DNA of 62,121 nucleotides, the filler included, from Coriobacteriales bacterium (lineage in GTDB: Bacteria; Actinomycetota; Coriobacteriia; Coriobacteriales; UBA8131): the NCBI GenBank assembly GCA_031263105.1. It is 3 parts of 3 records of this genome, joined end to end, with 100 filler letters (N's around TTAATTAATTAA, not from the genome) between each part and the next. Parts side by side here need not be neighbours in the genome. Positions count along the whole stretch, not along the records: positions 1 to 24,047 come from JAISGJ010000015.1; positions 24,148 to 39,303 come from JAISGJ010000060.1; 1 more part is not named here. The stretch is one strand, 5' to 3'. Positions 18,076-28,410 of this stretch are shown piece by piece (within the stretch, counting starts at the first letter, position 1; each line of letters begins with the position of its first letter). The notes beneath the pieces were generated by a model, which saw nothing but the letters and a program-made list of their open reading frames with translations, was not told the DNA's origin and did not search any database. The position numbers and the translations under genes are program-made.

Positions 18076-19467
18076 TTACGTTAGGATAGCCTTGGCGGCG
18101 GCGGAGACGGGGGGGCGGACGGCGGCGAGCAGGGACTCGCGGGTGTTGGGCAACTCGCCGTCGATGACTGCGTCGAGGAGGCGGGCGAGGGTCTCGCCGA
18201 GGAGGGGGCCCTGGGGGATGCCGAGGGCCATGAGGTCGTGGCCAGAGACGGCGAGGTCGCGTAGGGAGAAGCAGGCCTGCTGCGCGAGGGCCGCGTCGAG
18301 GGCCTCCTCGCTGAGGCGCAGGTCCGCGAGGCCCCGGGCCGCCACGTCCTCGGCGTGGGCGGCGATGTCGCCGCGCTTCACCTCGATGAGCAGGCGCAGG
18401 CGCTTCTCGCCCAGGCGGTTGAGCCACCGCAGCATGTTCTCCGGCGCGAGGTGCCTCTGGTGGTCGCGGACGAGCTCCGCGACCGTCTCCGTGACGTCGT
18501 TGCCGAAGCGCAGGGCCCCAAGGCGTGCGCGCGCGATCTCCTCCCCCCTCCTGTCGTGGCCGTAGAAGTGGCCGTGCCCGTCCGCGTCCACGGTGAAGGT
18601 CTCCGGCTTGCCGAGGTCGTGCATGAGCAGGGCGAGCCGCACGAGGGCGCTGGGCGCGGCGGCCGCCACGGCGTGGGCGGTGTGCTCCCAGATGTCGTAG
18701 CGGTGGTACACGCTCCTCTGGGCGTGCCCGACGGCGGAGGCCACCTCCGGCACGGGGACGGCCAGCACGTCGGGATAGGCGAGCAGCACGGGGAGCACCT
18801 GTGCGCCGGGCAGCATCCTTACGAGCTCGGTGCCGACGCGCTCGGGGGCGATGCGTGCGAGGAGGGCGCGGTTCGCGTGGAGGGCCTCTGCGAGCCGCCC
18901 GTCGAGGGAGAAGCCCAGGACGGAGGCCAGGCGCAGGGCGCGCATGATGCGCAGGGCGTCCTCGCGCAGGCGCCCTGCGGGGTCGCCGACGCTGCGGAGC
19001 AGGCGGGCCTCAAGGTCGGCCTGCCCTCCGAAGGGGTCGACGAGGCCGGTGCGGGGGCTGAAGGCCAGCGCGTTCACCGTGAAGTCGCGCCGGGCGAGGT
19101 CCTCCTCGACGGAGGCGACGAAGCCCACGCTGGCGGGGCGGCGGTTGTCGAGGTAGGGGCCCTCGCTCCTGAAGGTCGTGACCTCGAAGGGGCCCTCGGG
19201 CAACAGAACGGTGAGGGTGCCGTGCCGTATCCCCGTGTCGAGCACACGCACGCCTGCGAACAGCTCCTTGACCTGGGAGGGCAGCGCCGAGGTGGCGAGG
19301 TCCCAGTCGTGGGGCACGACGCCCCTCAGCGCGTCGCGCACGCAGCCACCCACTACGAATGCAGCAAAGCCCGCATCGTTCAGGCGGTCGAGGGCGGCGG
19401 CCATGTGGGCGGGGAGCCACCGGTCGAGGGGCCGTGCGCCGGATGGATGGCCGTCCGTCTCCCTCAT
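18076..19467 (-). CDS. cca: CCA-adding tRNA nucleotidyltransferase / poly(A) polymerase family with HD domain
   Basis: VGGCVRD..DWDLAT, DLARRDFTVNA, EDALRIMRALR, HDLGK; ATG 19467 with GGAGGGG RBS. Confidence 0.9.
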   Translation of the reverse strand: MRETDGHPSGARPLDRWLPAHMAAALDRLNDAGFAAFVVGGCVRDALRGVVPHDWDLATSALPSQVKELFAGVRVLDTGIRHGTLTVLLPEGPFEVTTFRSEGPYLDNRRPASVGFVASVEEDLARRDFTVNALAFSPRTGLVDPFGGQADLEARLLRSVGDPAGRLREDALRIMRALRLASVLGFSLDGRLAEALHANRALLARIAPERVGTELVRMLPGAQVLPVLLAYPDVLAVPVPEVASAVGHAQRSVYHRYDIWEHTAHAVAAAAPSALVRLALLMHDLGKPETFTVDADGHGHFYGHDRRGEEIARARLGALRFGNDVTETVAELVRDHQRHLAPENMLRWLNRLGEKRLRLLIEVKRGDIAAHAEDVAARGLADLRLSEEALDAALAQQACFSLRDLAVSGHDLMALGIPQGPLLGETLARLLDAVIDGELPNTRESLLAAVRPPVSAAAKAILT

Positions 19468-19721
19468 CCTCTCCCCTCCTTCCGCTCCGATGCCCGGCCT
19501 GTCCGTGCCGAACGTTCCGCCGCAGAGGGCGGGCGGCATATGGTCAGCTTCCTGTCTGACCACACGTTACAGGGACGCGCAGGGGCATAAACCTGAAAAG
19601 TGGAATGAGCCGCCAGCAACAGTAGCCGTGACCTGCGCAAACCAGCGTGCCACGGCTTTTTGTTGTCTGCTCACCGAAAACCATGATACACCACCGGACT
19701 GGCTCCGTCATCGATTTTGAG

Positions 19722-19785
19722 GTGAAGGGGTCGTCACAGTGAAGGGGTCGGCACGTGAAGGGATCCGTGAAGGGGTCGACCCTTT
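19722..19785 (+). repeat. Four short direct repeats GTGAAGGGGTCG; the last closes a palindrome
   Basis: Copies at 19722, 19739, 19755 (variant), 19767; AAGGGGTCGACCCTTT. Confidence 0.7.
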
Positions 19786-19849
19786 CCGTTTACCTGCAAT
19801 CTACGCCTGCTGGCGCGGCGACATCGCTGACGACCTCTGCTGGCTCATG

Positions 19850-21604
19850 TCAAGCCTTGCTGCCCGCAGTCCAACCGAGGCTTTCCGTTTGGAGCGTCCA
19901 GAGCCTTCTGTACAGTCCGTTCCTCCCCATAAGCTCGTCATGCGAACCGTGCTCCGCTATACGGCCTTTATCAAGGACTATTATTTTGTCCGCCTCGGCG
20001 ATGGTGCGCAGGCGGTGCGCTATGACAAGCACGCTCTTGCCCGCGATCAGGGCGGAGATGGCCTCTTGTATCGACGCCTCGTTTTCCGGGTCGAGGCTCG
20101 CCGTCGCCTCATCGAGCAGGACGATAGGGGCATCTTTCAACAGGGCGCGGGCAATGGAAACGCGTTGGCGCTCCCCGCCGGAGAGCGTCTGACCGTTCTC
20201 GCCGAGCATCGTGCTGTAGCCCTCGGGCAGACGACTGACAAAATCATCGCAACGGGCGGCCTTCGCGGCGGCAAGAACTTGTTCGTCCGTAGCGTCCATA
20301 TTGCCGATGCGAATGTTGCCCAGAATCGTATCATTGAACAGTGTCACATCCTGAAAGACAAAAGACATATAGCTCATCAGATGCTCGGGGTCGAGCGTTT
20401 TGACGTCCACGCCTCCGATTGTTATCCTCCCCTTGTCCACATCCCAGAACCGCGCTATCAGCCGTGATACCGTGCTTTTCCCGCTTCCGGAAGGGCCGAC
20501 GAGCGCCGTCAGGCTGCCTGAGGGAATCGTCACAGACAGATCGCTTATCGCCGGCTCTGCGCCCGCACCGTAGGAGAATCCAACGTTTTCACATACGACA
20601 GTGAAGTCTGTCAGTTTCCGCTCCTCGTCGCCGGTCATGGGTTCTATGGTGAGTAGATCGCTCATACGCCGCAAGCTGATTTGAAAATAGAACAACTCCG
20701 GCAACAGCGTGAGTACGGTGATCACCGGGGCGTATATCTTCACTACGATGATCAAAAACATCAAAAACGGCACAAAGCCGAGTTGCCCGCCTGTCAGAAG
20801 CGTTGCGCCGACGAGCGCCGTGAGTCCGATGCCGCCCTGCAATACGGCTTGGGCCCCCGTCACAAACACGCCTGTGCCGACCTCCATAGCCATCGCCAGA
20901 CGCATCATCTCTCGCAAAGCCGACTCCAGCGCGCCAAAGCGCTCGCCATCCATATTGCATGCCCTGATGACCTTTATGCCCTCGATATACTCCTGTACGC
21001 GTTCGGAGGCAGCCAGTTTCGCTGCCGCGTGTTTTTTCGAGACGTTGCCGTAGATTTTGCGGCTCAACATGATGATACCGAACGCCAGCGGAACGGTGAT
21101 AAAGATTGCCAGCGCCATACGCCAGTCATATATCGCGAGCATGACGCAAATCGCGGTGATGGATATGATATTCCCTATGAGCTCTGGAATGATATGGCTC
21201 ATCACGTGCTCGCTGGTAGCTACGTCGCCCATGACGTTGGTCGTAAGCTCAGAGAGATTCTTTGAGTTGAAAACGCTCATCGGCAGGCGGCGGATGTGCT
21301 CCGCCACCGTTACGCGCGTCTGCTCGCACTGGTTGTATGAGACGACATAGGTTTTCTCATAATCGTTTCGCTGACAGAGGTACACAAGAAACGTCCCAAC
21401 GACAGCCGCGCCGAACAGCAGCCACATCTTTTGCCACGAGAGCTCGTCGCCCATAAGTGGCTTCACCAGTTCCATGATGAAAAGCATGAGCGCCCCAAGC
21501 GGCAGTATCATGGACAAATTCGTGAGCGTGCAGGCGAAAGCCGCCTTTTTCAAATCCTTATAGCCGCCATCGGTCAACAGCAACATCTTTTGCAGTTTAC
21601 TCAT
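19850..21604 (-). CDS. ABC transporter, fused permease/ATPase half-transporter
   Basis: TM domain plus GPSGSGKST, LSGGERQR, LLDEATA; ATG 21604 overlaps the upstream stop (ATGA). Confidence 0.92.
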   Translation of the reverse strand: MSKLQKMLLLTDGGYKDLKKAAFACTLTNLSMILPLGALMLFIMELVKPLMGDELSWQKMWLLFGAAVVGTFLVYLCQRNDYEKTYVVSYNQCEQTRVTVAEHIRRLPMSVFNSKNLSELTTNVMGDVATSEHVMSHIIPELIGNIISITAICVMLAIYDWRMALAIFITVPLAFGIIMLSRKIYGNVSKKHAAAKLAASERVQEYIEGIKVIRACNMDGERFGALESALREMMRLAMAMEVGTGVFVTGAQAVLQGGIGLTALVGATLLTGGQLGFVPFLMFLIIVVKIYAPVITVLTLLPELFYFQISLRRMSDLLTIEPMTGDEERKLTDFTVVCENVGFSYGAGAEPAISDLSVTIPSGSLTALVGPSGSGKSTVSRLIARFWDVDKGRITIGGVDVKTLDPEHLMSYMSFVFQDVTLFNDTILGNIRIGNMDATDEQVLAAAKAARCDDFVSRLPEGYSTMLGENGQTLSGGERQRVSIARALLKDAPIVLLDEATASLDPENEASIQEAISALIAGKSVLVIAHRLRTIAEADKIIVLDKGRIAEHGSHDELMGRNGLYRRLWTLQTESLGWTAGSKA

Positions 21605-23442
21605 TGGTGTTTTCCCTCCCTGGTCTTGGAAAGCTGCCAGTTTGACGTTTGGGTGTAAACGTGCCACATGTCGCCATATCTCCCGCCTTGACTGAGCAGT
21701 CCATCGTGAATACCGCGCTGTACGACGCGCCCATTGTCTATCACAATGATCTGATCCGCACCGCGTACCGTGGACAGCCTGTGCGCTATCATGACGACGG
21801 TCTTGTCTTTCATCAGTCGCTCAAAGGCCTTCTGAATCAAGTGTTCGTTCTCCGGGTCGGAAAACGCCGTCGCCTCGTCGAGCACGATGATGGGCGAATC
21901 TTTAACGATGGCGCGGGCGATGGCGAGGCGCTGCTGCTCGCCGCCCGATAGATGTATACCCTTCGTGCCAATAACCGTTTGATAGCCCTGCGGCAGCTTT
22001 TGTATGAACTCGGCGCACTGTGCGTCCCGCGCTGCCTCGTATACCCGTTCGTCGGAAGCGGCGGGATTACCCATGCGGATATTATCCATGACGCTCTGCT
22101 TGAAAAGATACACATCCTGAAAGACGAAGCTGACGTTGTCCATCAGCGTATGCGGGTCAATCGCGCGCACGTCTGTGCCACCTATCAGCACGGCACCTTC
22201 GCTCACATCGAAGAAGCGGGGAATCAGATGCGCTATTGTGGATTTGCCTCCGCCTGATGGCCCTACTATCGCGGTCACCTCACCCTGCTTTGCTGTAAAG
22301 GAAACACCGGAGAGCGCCTCGATCTCTTTATCCTTGTCATAGGAAAACGTCACCTCATCAAATTGCACATCGAATCCGGTGACAGGTTTTGGGTTGGGGG
22401 AGGCGGAGAGTTCAGGCTCAGCGAGTATGGCATCCATGGCATCCACGTGGCCCGTGAGCTGCATCATCGTTCCGCTCGCATAAATGACTTTCAGTATAAT
22501 GCCGCCCACCGCTTGCGATAAAATCAGATAAAAAAGGGTGGTTCCGGCGAATGCCGAGAAAGTCGCCGTATCGTCTTGTGCGACACCCACACCGATGATT
22601 ATGGCTACAGGCATGACAAAAAGAAATACGTTCTGCACAACGGTCACGGCGGCGGCGTAGCCGTTTTTCATTTTGAGTGTGTAATCAATGACCCAGGTCG
22701 TGTAGTTTTTGATGGAGTCGTACAAGCGCCGAAACGAGTATACCGTCTGCCGGAACGCCTTGACCACCGATATGCCCCGGATATACTCCACGGTGGCGTT
22801 GTTCATATCCTCCAAGGCTCCTTGATAGCGCGACATCCGCTCCTGTGCGCTCTGGTCGCCTATCATCCGCGAGTATATGAAAAGCCCGATGGCTACGCCC
22901 ACCATTGTGGCTAACCCAAAACGCCAATCCACCGCGAATAGCAGTACAAAGAGCAGAATGGGCGCGGCAATGGCCGCGGCAAGATCGGGTAGCTGGTGAG
23001 CGATGAAGCCCTCGATCTTCTCTATGTTCTCATCCGTGATCTTACGCAGCTTACCGCTACCGATGAGCACGTGGAAGCCCAACGGCAACCGCGCCAGATG
23101 CGAAGCGAAGTCGACCTTCAGCTTGTAAAGCGTTCCGAAAGCTGCGAGGTGGCTACACATCAGCGCCGCGAAATATACGAGTATATTGCCGACCACCCCC
23201 GCGAAGGCTATCCAACCCCATCGAATAATGTACCCCGCGTCCGCGCCGGAAACATCCGGCAGGGCTTCAATGACCTTGATTATGATGAAGTAGATGGATA
23301 CGTAGGGTACAAAGCTGAGTACCGCTGCCGCTGCGGATAGTATAAGTGAGCCGACGACGAGTGCTTTTTTCGTCATGGCGAGCTCGAGGAGTCTCGCGAA
23401 CCCCGTCTTAGGTTGCGCCGGTTCCCCCTTTGATGTTCCCAT
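21601..23442 (-). CDS. ABC transporter, fused permease/ATPase half-transporter (heterodimer partner)
   Basis: SHLAAF, GPSGGGKST, LSGGEQQR, LDEATAF; ATG 23442. Confidence 0.92.
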   Translation of the reverse strand: MGTSKGEPAQPKTGFARLLELAMTKKALVVGSLILSAAAAVLSFVPYVSIYFIIIKVIEALPDVSGADAGYIIRWGWIAFAGVVGNILVYFAALMCSHLAAFGTLYKLKVDFASHLARLPLGFHVLIGSGKLRKITDENIEKIEGFIAHQLPDLAAAIAAPILLFVLLFAVDWRFGLATMVGVAIGLFIYSRMIGDQSAQERMSRYQGALEDMNNATVEYIRGISVVKAFRQTVYSFRRLYDSIKNYTTWVIDYTLKMKNGYAAAVTVVQNVFLFVMPVAIIIGVGVAQDDTATFSAFAGTTLFYLILSQAVGGIILKVIYASGTMMQLTGHVDAMDAILAEPELSASPNPKPVTGFDVQFDEVTFSYDKDKEIEALSGVSFTAKQGEVTAIVGPSGGGKSTIAHLIPRFFDVSEGAVLIGGTDVRAIDPHTLMDNVSFVFQDVYLFKQSVMDNIRMGNPAASDERVYEAARDAQCAEFIQKLPQGYQTVIGTKGIHLSGGEQQRLAIARAIVKDSPIIVLDEATAFSDPENEHLIQKAFERLMKDKTVVMIAHRLSTVRGADQIIVIDNGRVVQRGIHDGLLSQGGRYGDMWHVYTQTSNWQLSKTREGKHQ

Positions 23443-23450
23443 GCCTTCCC

Positions 23451-24047
23451 TCACTTTCTGCTCCAGCCACGAGCATTTTCCCGTGCCGTCACGAAGTTGC
23501 AATATATGCCATCTTTTTGCAAAAGCGCCTCATCCGTACCGCGCTCTGCGATTTTTCCATTCGCGACCACCAAAATCTCATCCGCATGGCGAATTGTGTT
23601 TAAGCGATGGGCGATGACAATCAATGTCTTGCCGTGGCAAAGCTCGCTGATGGCGGCTTGTATATAGCTTTCGTTATCGGCGTCCACGCTGGCAGTGGCT
23701 TCGTCAAGGATGATGATCGGAGCGTCTTTTAAGATGCACCGCGCGATGGAAATGCGTTGTTTTTCTCCGCCTGAAAGGGTCTCGCCTCCGTGCCCGACCA
23801 TGGTCTGAAAGCCGTCCGGCAACGCCTGTATGAAGTCGTAGCACCGTGCCTTTTTCGCGGCGGCGTAAACCTCGTCCTCCGTCGCGTCCGGCCTACCAAG
23901 CGCTATGTTGTTATAGATGGTGTCTTGGAAGAGATAAACCCGTTGGAAAACCATGCTGATGTTTGCAAGAAGCTCCTTCAACGGAATCTCGCGCACGTCC
24001 ACGCCACGAATGCGTACCGTGCCATTTTTTACGTCCCAAAAACGCGG
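23451..24047 (-). CDS. ABC transporter ATPase C-terminal part, cut by the contig end
   Basis: RFWDV..., LSGGEKQR, LDEATAS, IAHRL; frame open to the gap. Confidence 0.88.
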   Translation of the reverse strand, partial: PRFWDVKNGTVRIRGVDVREIPLKELLANISMVFQRVYLFQDTIYNNIALGRPDATEDEVYAAAKKARCYDFIQALPDGFQTMVGHGGETLSGGEKQRISIARCILKDAPIIILDEATASVDADNESYIQAAISELCHGKTLIVIAHRLNTIRHADEILVVANGKIAERGTDEALLQKDGIYCNFVTARENARGWSRK

Positions 24048-24147
24048 NNNNNNNNNNNNNNNNNNNNNNNNNNNNNNNNNNNNNNNNNNNNTTAATTAAT
24101 TAANNNNNNNNNNNNNNNNNNNNNNNNNNNNNNNNNNNNNNNNNNNN
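24048..24147. other. Artificial contig spacer
   Basis: 44 N + TTAATTAATTAA + 44 N. Confidence 0.97.
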
Positions 24148-24341
24148 CGGACCTGTTCAGTGCTCGGAGCTGCCAACTCAACCGCCTCCTTATGACAGGG
24201 CCTCACCGGCCCTCTCGGAAATAGGATTATCGTGCGAAAACACATGGGTATCACTATAACAAAAAAGCCCCGCCAATAAAGTGACAAAGGAGACGGAGCA
24301 GGACGGGGGCTACTGAAGGTCACGGTTCACACTATGCCGTC

Positions 24342-24374
24342 ATGCTGCGATTCGGCTGTGCCGAATCGCAGCAT
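24342..24374. repeat. Perfect 15-bp inverted repeat (possible terminator or operator)
   Basis: ATGCTGCGATTCGGC-TGT-GCCGAATCGCAGCAT, downstream of the Mop gene. Confidence 0.65.
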
Positions 24375-24476
24375 CCACGTGGGTGTTAACTGCTCAAAGG
24401 GACTTAAGCTATGGAGCCTGTGCTACGCGCAGCCGCAATGCTTCGCTCCGCGCAGACGGAATGAGAATAAGGTGGT

Positions 24477-24686
24477 CTAATGGTCGACGCCTACCATGAC
24501 TGAGGTCGCCTTGATGATCGCGTAGGCTTCCATGCCGGGTTTGAGTTCGAGGTCATCGACGGCTGCGTTCGAAATCGTCGCCGTGATGGTGTTGCCAGAG
24601 ACATCAAGCGTGACGATGCTTGAGATTGCACCCTTCTCAACCTTTGTTATCGTTCCCTTAAGCTGATTACGTGCCGATATTTTCAT
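24477..24686 (-). CDS. Molybdate-binding Mop/TOBE (molbindin) protein
   Basis: MKISARNQLKG...IIKATSV, 69 aa; AGGAAGGA RBS. Confidence 0.92.
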   Translation of the reverse strand: MKISARNQLKGTITKVEKGAISSIVTLDVSGNTITATISNAAVDDLELKPGMEAYAIIKATSVMVGVDH

Positions 24687-25146
24687 GATAGTTCCTTCCT
24701 CTCGTGGTCTTGAGCGTCGCTCGGCAGCAAACCGTGCGACTGTCGGCCAACGCCCTATAACCCATTATACCCCTGCCCTCCCGCCCCCGTCCCCTTTTTG
24801 TCCGTTGTCCGCAGCCCCAACCCCGTTCACGCTGAGCCTCGAGGGGTGCGCGTGTTTTTTCTTACTCAGAGCGCCCAACACCCCCACATTCGGGTCGTGA
24901 TATGCCCTTGTTGTCATGATAAGGTGATTTCAATAACCCCTTTCGAATGATGTTCATTTAACACTAATAGGTTGATTCGGGGATTTACGGGCGGGTTTCA
25001 GGGGCGGATTATACATGATGATACGGATTGCATTGTGAGGAAGGAGAGGGAGTACAAGGAGTACTGGGAACGGAAGTGGTTAGGGAGTCCACGCAGTTTC
25101 ACTAATCAAAAGCAATAAGAATCCAAGAACAGAAAAGAGGAAGAAT

Positions 25147-26913
25147 ATGTCAGAAACGAAAGGTTTATCGCGTCGCGATTTTCTCAAAGGTGCGGCCGTT
25201 GCTGGCGCCGGAGCAGCCGCTCTCGGCTTGGTCGCCTGCGACACCCCTGCCACCGGTGACAGCGGCAGTGGTTCTGAAATCGTCACTTTACCGCATGTAG
25301 ACAAGTGGGATTATGAGGCTGATGTCGTGGTTTGCGGCTTCGGCTTCGCCGGCCAGGGTGCCGCGGTGGAAGCCAACAACCTCGGCAACAGTGTCTTTGT
25401 GGTCGACAGGGCGCCGCGGGAGCATTGCGGCGGCAGCAGCGCATCAAAGAGGATTTACACTTCTGGGTTGCTCGGCCCGGATGTAGAGACCAACATCAAG
25501 TATGTGACTTCAGAGTGCTGGGGCTCTACCGATGCAGAGACGATTCGCGCACAGATTGAGATGAATCACAAGGTTCCGGAGTGGATTGAATCAATCGGTG
25601 GCACCGTCACATGGCAGCCGACGGGTATATCGTATCTTGCCATCCCCGGTGGCCCGGAAATGGTGAATGCTGGGACGGGGCCTGAGAACGGGTTTGTGGG
25701 TCATCCGCCAGCACCGTACGAGGACAACTTCCCTCAGGAGTCATTCAAGCCGCCGTGGACGGAGTGGATGCTTGACATGATGGCGGAGCGGGACATCCCC
25801 GTGAAGCACGCCACCGCGCTCGTCGAGCTGATTCAGAACGGCGAGACTGGTGAGGTTCTTGGCATCAAGGCCGGCGAAGGGATAACATTTGCCAAGGGCT
25901 TTGAGCAGAATTCGGAAGGGACGCCTATCTACATCAAGGCCAAGAAAGCCGTATTCATCGCTACGGGCGGTTATGAGCATAACGAAGAATTGCTCAAACA
26001 ATTCGCCCCCCATGCCCACTCTGCCTTTGTGACCATGTACGGCTCCCCCTACTCCGATGGTTCAGGTATGATAGCGGCAATGAAAGCCGGCGCCGCGATC
26101 TGGCACACGAACAAGAAGGAGATGCACAGCTTTGGTTGTGCCCCTCTCAGCAAAGAGCTTGGCGTGGGAGTAACCGTGAGTGCCTGGGCCACCAACATCG
26201 GCAGAGAACCGGGCATCGTCGTCAACCGGTACGGCAAGCGCTTCTACAATGAGTACTTCAACGGTGGACATAGCGATAACCGCAGGGAATGGGACAGGTT
26301 TGTGCATCATCACCTGCCCGCTGACGATGAAGAATACTGCGACTATCCCAACGTACCCATGTACTTCATCTTTGACGAGACCACAAGGACGGGAAGAAGG
26401 ATAGGCGGCATCGGCCAGTTCCAGGGTAACCTGGGCGTTTACAAATGGAGCGAGGACAACTCGGCCGAGATAGCTGCGGGCTATATCCTCAAGGCCGACA
26501 GCATAGAAGAACTGGCTGGCAAGATTACCAGCACAAACTTCTTCGGTGTGCAAGAGCCCATGGATAAAGCTGCCCTGGCGAAGACGGTGTCCGACTACAA
26601 CGGTTACTGCGCAACGGGCGTGGACTTGGAGTTTGGCAGGCGGGACTCGACCATGTTTCCGCTGGTCACTCCTCCCTTCTATGCTATGGAGATCTGCGAA
26701 TGCCAGACCAACACCCAGGGTGGCCCGAAGCATAACGGCGACTGCCAGGTGCTGGATCCTTTCGACAAGCCCATCCCGCGCCTCTATGTGGGAGGCGAGC
26801 TGGGTTCGATTTATGGCCATCTGTACAACGGCATGGAGAACATTCCGGAAACGCTTTCCAGTGGTATCCGGGCCGCTCGGCATGCCAATGGCCTGACGGC
26901 TTGGGACGCGTAA
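25147..26913 (+). CDS. Tat-exported lipoprotein FAD-dependent oxidoreductase (fumarate reductase/flavocytochrome flavin-subunit family)
   Basis: SRRDFLK, lipobox LVAC, DVVVCGFGFAG, ATGGY, PPFYA, TQGG, IPRLY. Confidence 0.9.
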   Translation: MSETKGLSRRDFLKGAAVAGAGAAALGLVACDTPATGDSGSGSEIVTLPHVDKWDYEADVVVCGFGFAGQGAAVEANNLGNSVFVVDRAPREHCGGSSASKRIYTSGLLGPDVETNIKYVTSECWGSTDAETIRAQIEMNHKVPEWIESIGGTVTWQPTGISYLAIPGGPEMVNAGTGPENGFVGHPPAPYEDNFPQESFKPPWTEWMLDMMAERDIPVKHATALVELIQNGETGEVLGIKAGEGITFAKGFEQNSEGTPIYIKAKKAVFIATGGYEHNEELLKQFAPHAHSAFVTMYGSPYSDGSGMIAAMKAGAAIWHTNKKEMHSFGCAPLSKELGVGVTVSAWATNIGREPGIVVNRYGKRFYNEYFNGGHSDNRREWDRFVHHHLPADDEEYCDYPNVPMYFIFDETTRTGRRIGGIGQFQGNLGVYKWSEDNSAEIAAGYILKADSIEELAGKITSTNFFGVQEPMDKAALAKTVSDYNGYCATGVDLEFGRRDSTMFPLVTPPFYAMEICECQTNTQGGPKHNGDCQVLDPFDKPIPRLYVGGELGSIYGHLYNGMENIPETLSSGIRAARHANGLTAWDA

Positions 26914-26967
26914 GCAAGGCTTTTGCCGATAAGGCGGCATAAGACAAAGCAACAAATGAAGTGAGCC

Positions 26968-27003
26968 GGGGGGCGGGAAGGTCTCGCCCCCCTGTGTTTA
27001 TTT
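26968..27003 (+). terminator. Intrinsic terminator-like hairpin
   Basis: GGGGGGCG...CGCCCCCC followed by TGTGTTTATTT. Confidence 0.6.
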
Positions 27004-27041
27004 GTGTGCTTGAAGAACTTGAATTTGTAGAGGAGTGATCG

Positions 27042-28235
27042 GTGATAGAAGAATTCGACACAGAACAAGTCGACACAGAGCAGGTCGACACAGAGCAGGT
27101 CGACACAGGACAAGCTGATGCAGAACAAGTCGATGCAGAACAAATTGACACAGAACAAGTCGATGCAGAGCAGGTCGACACAGAACAGGTCGACACAGAA
27201 CAAATTGACACAGAGCAAGTCGATGCAGAACAAATTGAAACACACGAGATTACGGTGGCTATATCCCATGTCAATGCGCCTGAAATGACGGAATCTGTAA
27301 GTAGCGTTTATACAGGCGATAGGGAAGCTGTCGAGCCACCTCTTCCTCGGGTCTATGCAGGCTCCGATATAGCTCTGCAGGTCAAGGTATCATGTTCTCT
27401 GGCCTGTGACTTTCGGGGTGGTATGGTCGAGATTCTGGCTCAAGATGCCGTGTTAACGCAAGTAGAGCTTAGCTCTTTCGATGACGATGATGCAGTCAAT
27501 CAGACCGATGTGTTTATCTTGGCTGCACCAACAGAGCCGGGGGAATATACCTGGACAGCAGTGTTTGAACCACAAGAAGAGGAGAACACCCCTCATGTGC
27601 CGGTCTCGGCGTCGTTCACGTTTATCGTCGAAGCCCACATGCTCACCCTGTCATCCTGGAATGTGCCTTTCCCGGTAATCATGGGCTCGAAATTCACCCT
27701 GAAGGCTGGTGCCCGGTGTGTGGGCGACTGCAAGCTGGCAGGCGAGCAGATCATGCTCTATGACCAGCAAGGCGTGTTGCTGGCGACGGGTGTCTTAGGT
27801 GAAGAACCCCTCGAGGGCACAGCCGGTGTGTATTGGACTGAGTTGGAGCTGGATGCTCCCGACGAAGCAGGTGTCTATGAATGGGAGCTGAAGTTCTCCC
27901 AGCCTGATAGGGCACCGGCGCATGATGACGCTTCCCACGCCGTTGTCTTTCGAGCTGCCCGGCCACCTGAGCATCTGTTGACCATCGAGGTCACTTGCGA
28001 TTTCGAAAAAATACCGGTCGTGAATGCCTGGGTGGCTGTCACTTCGGAGGGCGTCTCATACCGAGCTGCGTCTGATGATGCCGGAATGGTCAGCTTCAAT
28101 GTGCCCAAAGGCGAATACCGTCTCTTGATCACGGCTGAGGATCATGTTGCATTGGATTCTAAGGATACGATAGCGGTGGATGGTGATCAAACAGTAAAAA
28201 TAGTGATGAAGTATGAGTTGGACTCATACAAGTAG
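27042..28235 (+). CDS. Acidic hypothetical protein: N-terminal (DTEQV)x12, two internal beta-rich CxxxC repeats, C-terminal beta domain
   Basis: AGGAG RBS; internal repeats VSCSLACDFRG..GEYTW and ARCVGDCKLAG..GVYEW. Confidence 0.75.
   Translation: MIEEFDTEQVDTEQVDTEQVDTGQADAEQVDAEQIDTEQVDAEQVDTEQVDTEQIDTEQVDAEQIETHEITVAISHVNAPEMTESVSSVYTGDREAVEPPLPRVYAGSDIALQVKVSCSLACDFRGGMVEILAQDAVLTQVELSSFDDDDAVNQTDVFILAAPTEPGEYTWTAVFEPQEEENTPHVPVSASFTFIVEAHMLTLSSWNVPFPVIMGSKFTLKAGARCVGDCKLAGEQIMLYDQQGVLLATGVLGEEPLEGTAGVYWTELELDAPDEAGVYEWELKFSQPDRAPAHDDASHAVVFRAARPPEHLLTIEVTCDFEKIPVVNAWVAVTSEGVSYRAASDDAGMVSFNVPKGEYRLLITAEDHVALDSKDTIAVDGDQTVKIVMKYELDSYK
27057..27236 (+). repeat. 15-bp coding tandem repeat, 12 copies
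   Basis: GACACAGAACAAGTC-type units encoding D(T/A)EQ(V/I). Confidence 0.93.
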
Positions 28236-28244
28236 TTAGCAAAA

Positions 28245-28283
28245 GGGGACGGGGGCAGGTGTTCCACTTGCCCCGTCCCTGTT
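28245..28283 (+). terminator. Hairpin after the 27042 gene
   Basis: GGGACGGGGGCAGGTG-TTC-CACTTGCCCCGTCCC. Confidence 0.55.
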
Positions 28284-28410
28284 CCAACACCCCTCTGCCT
28301 TACATTTGTGGTTAACCACAGTCTTGCGCGCGGTAAAAGCGCGTACAATATACGCTATATATCGTATGGCGGTTATCATATGGCGGTGCGAACATGAATT
28401 GGGGACACTC

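Noticed and set aside
24687..24900. Moco riboswitch upstream of the Mop gene
   Set aside because: A TATAAT box lies close to the start, leaving a short leader with no recognisable aptamer
26684..27274. Cys-rich antisense ORFs (CSVST/CVDLL repeats)
   Set aside because: Reverse-strand readings of the 15-bp coding repeat
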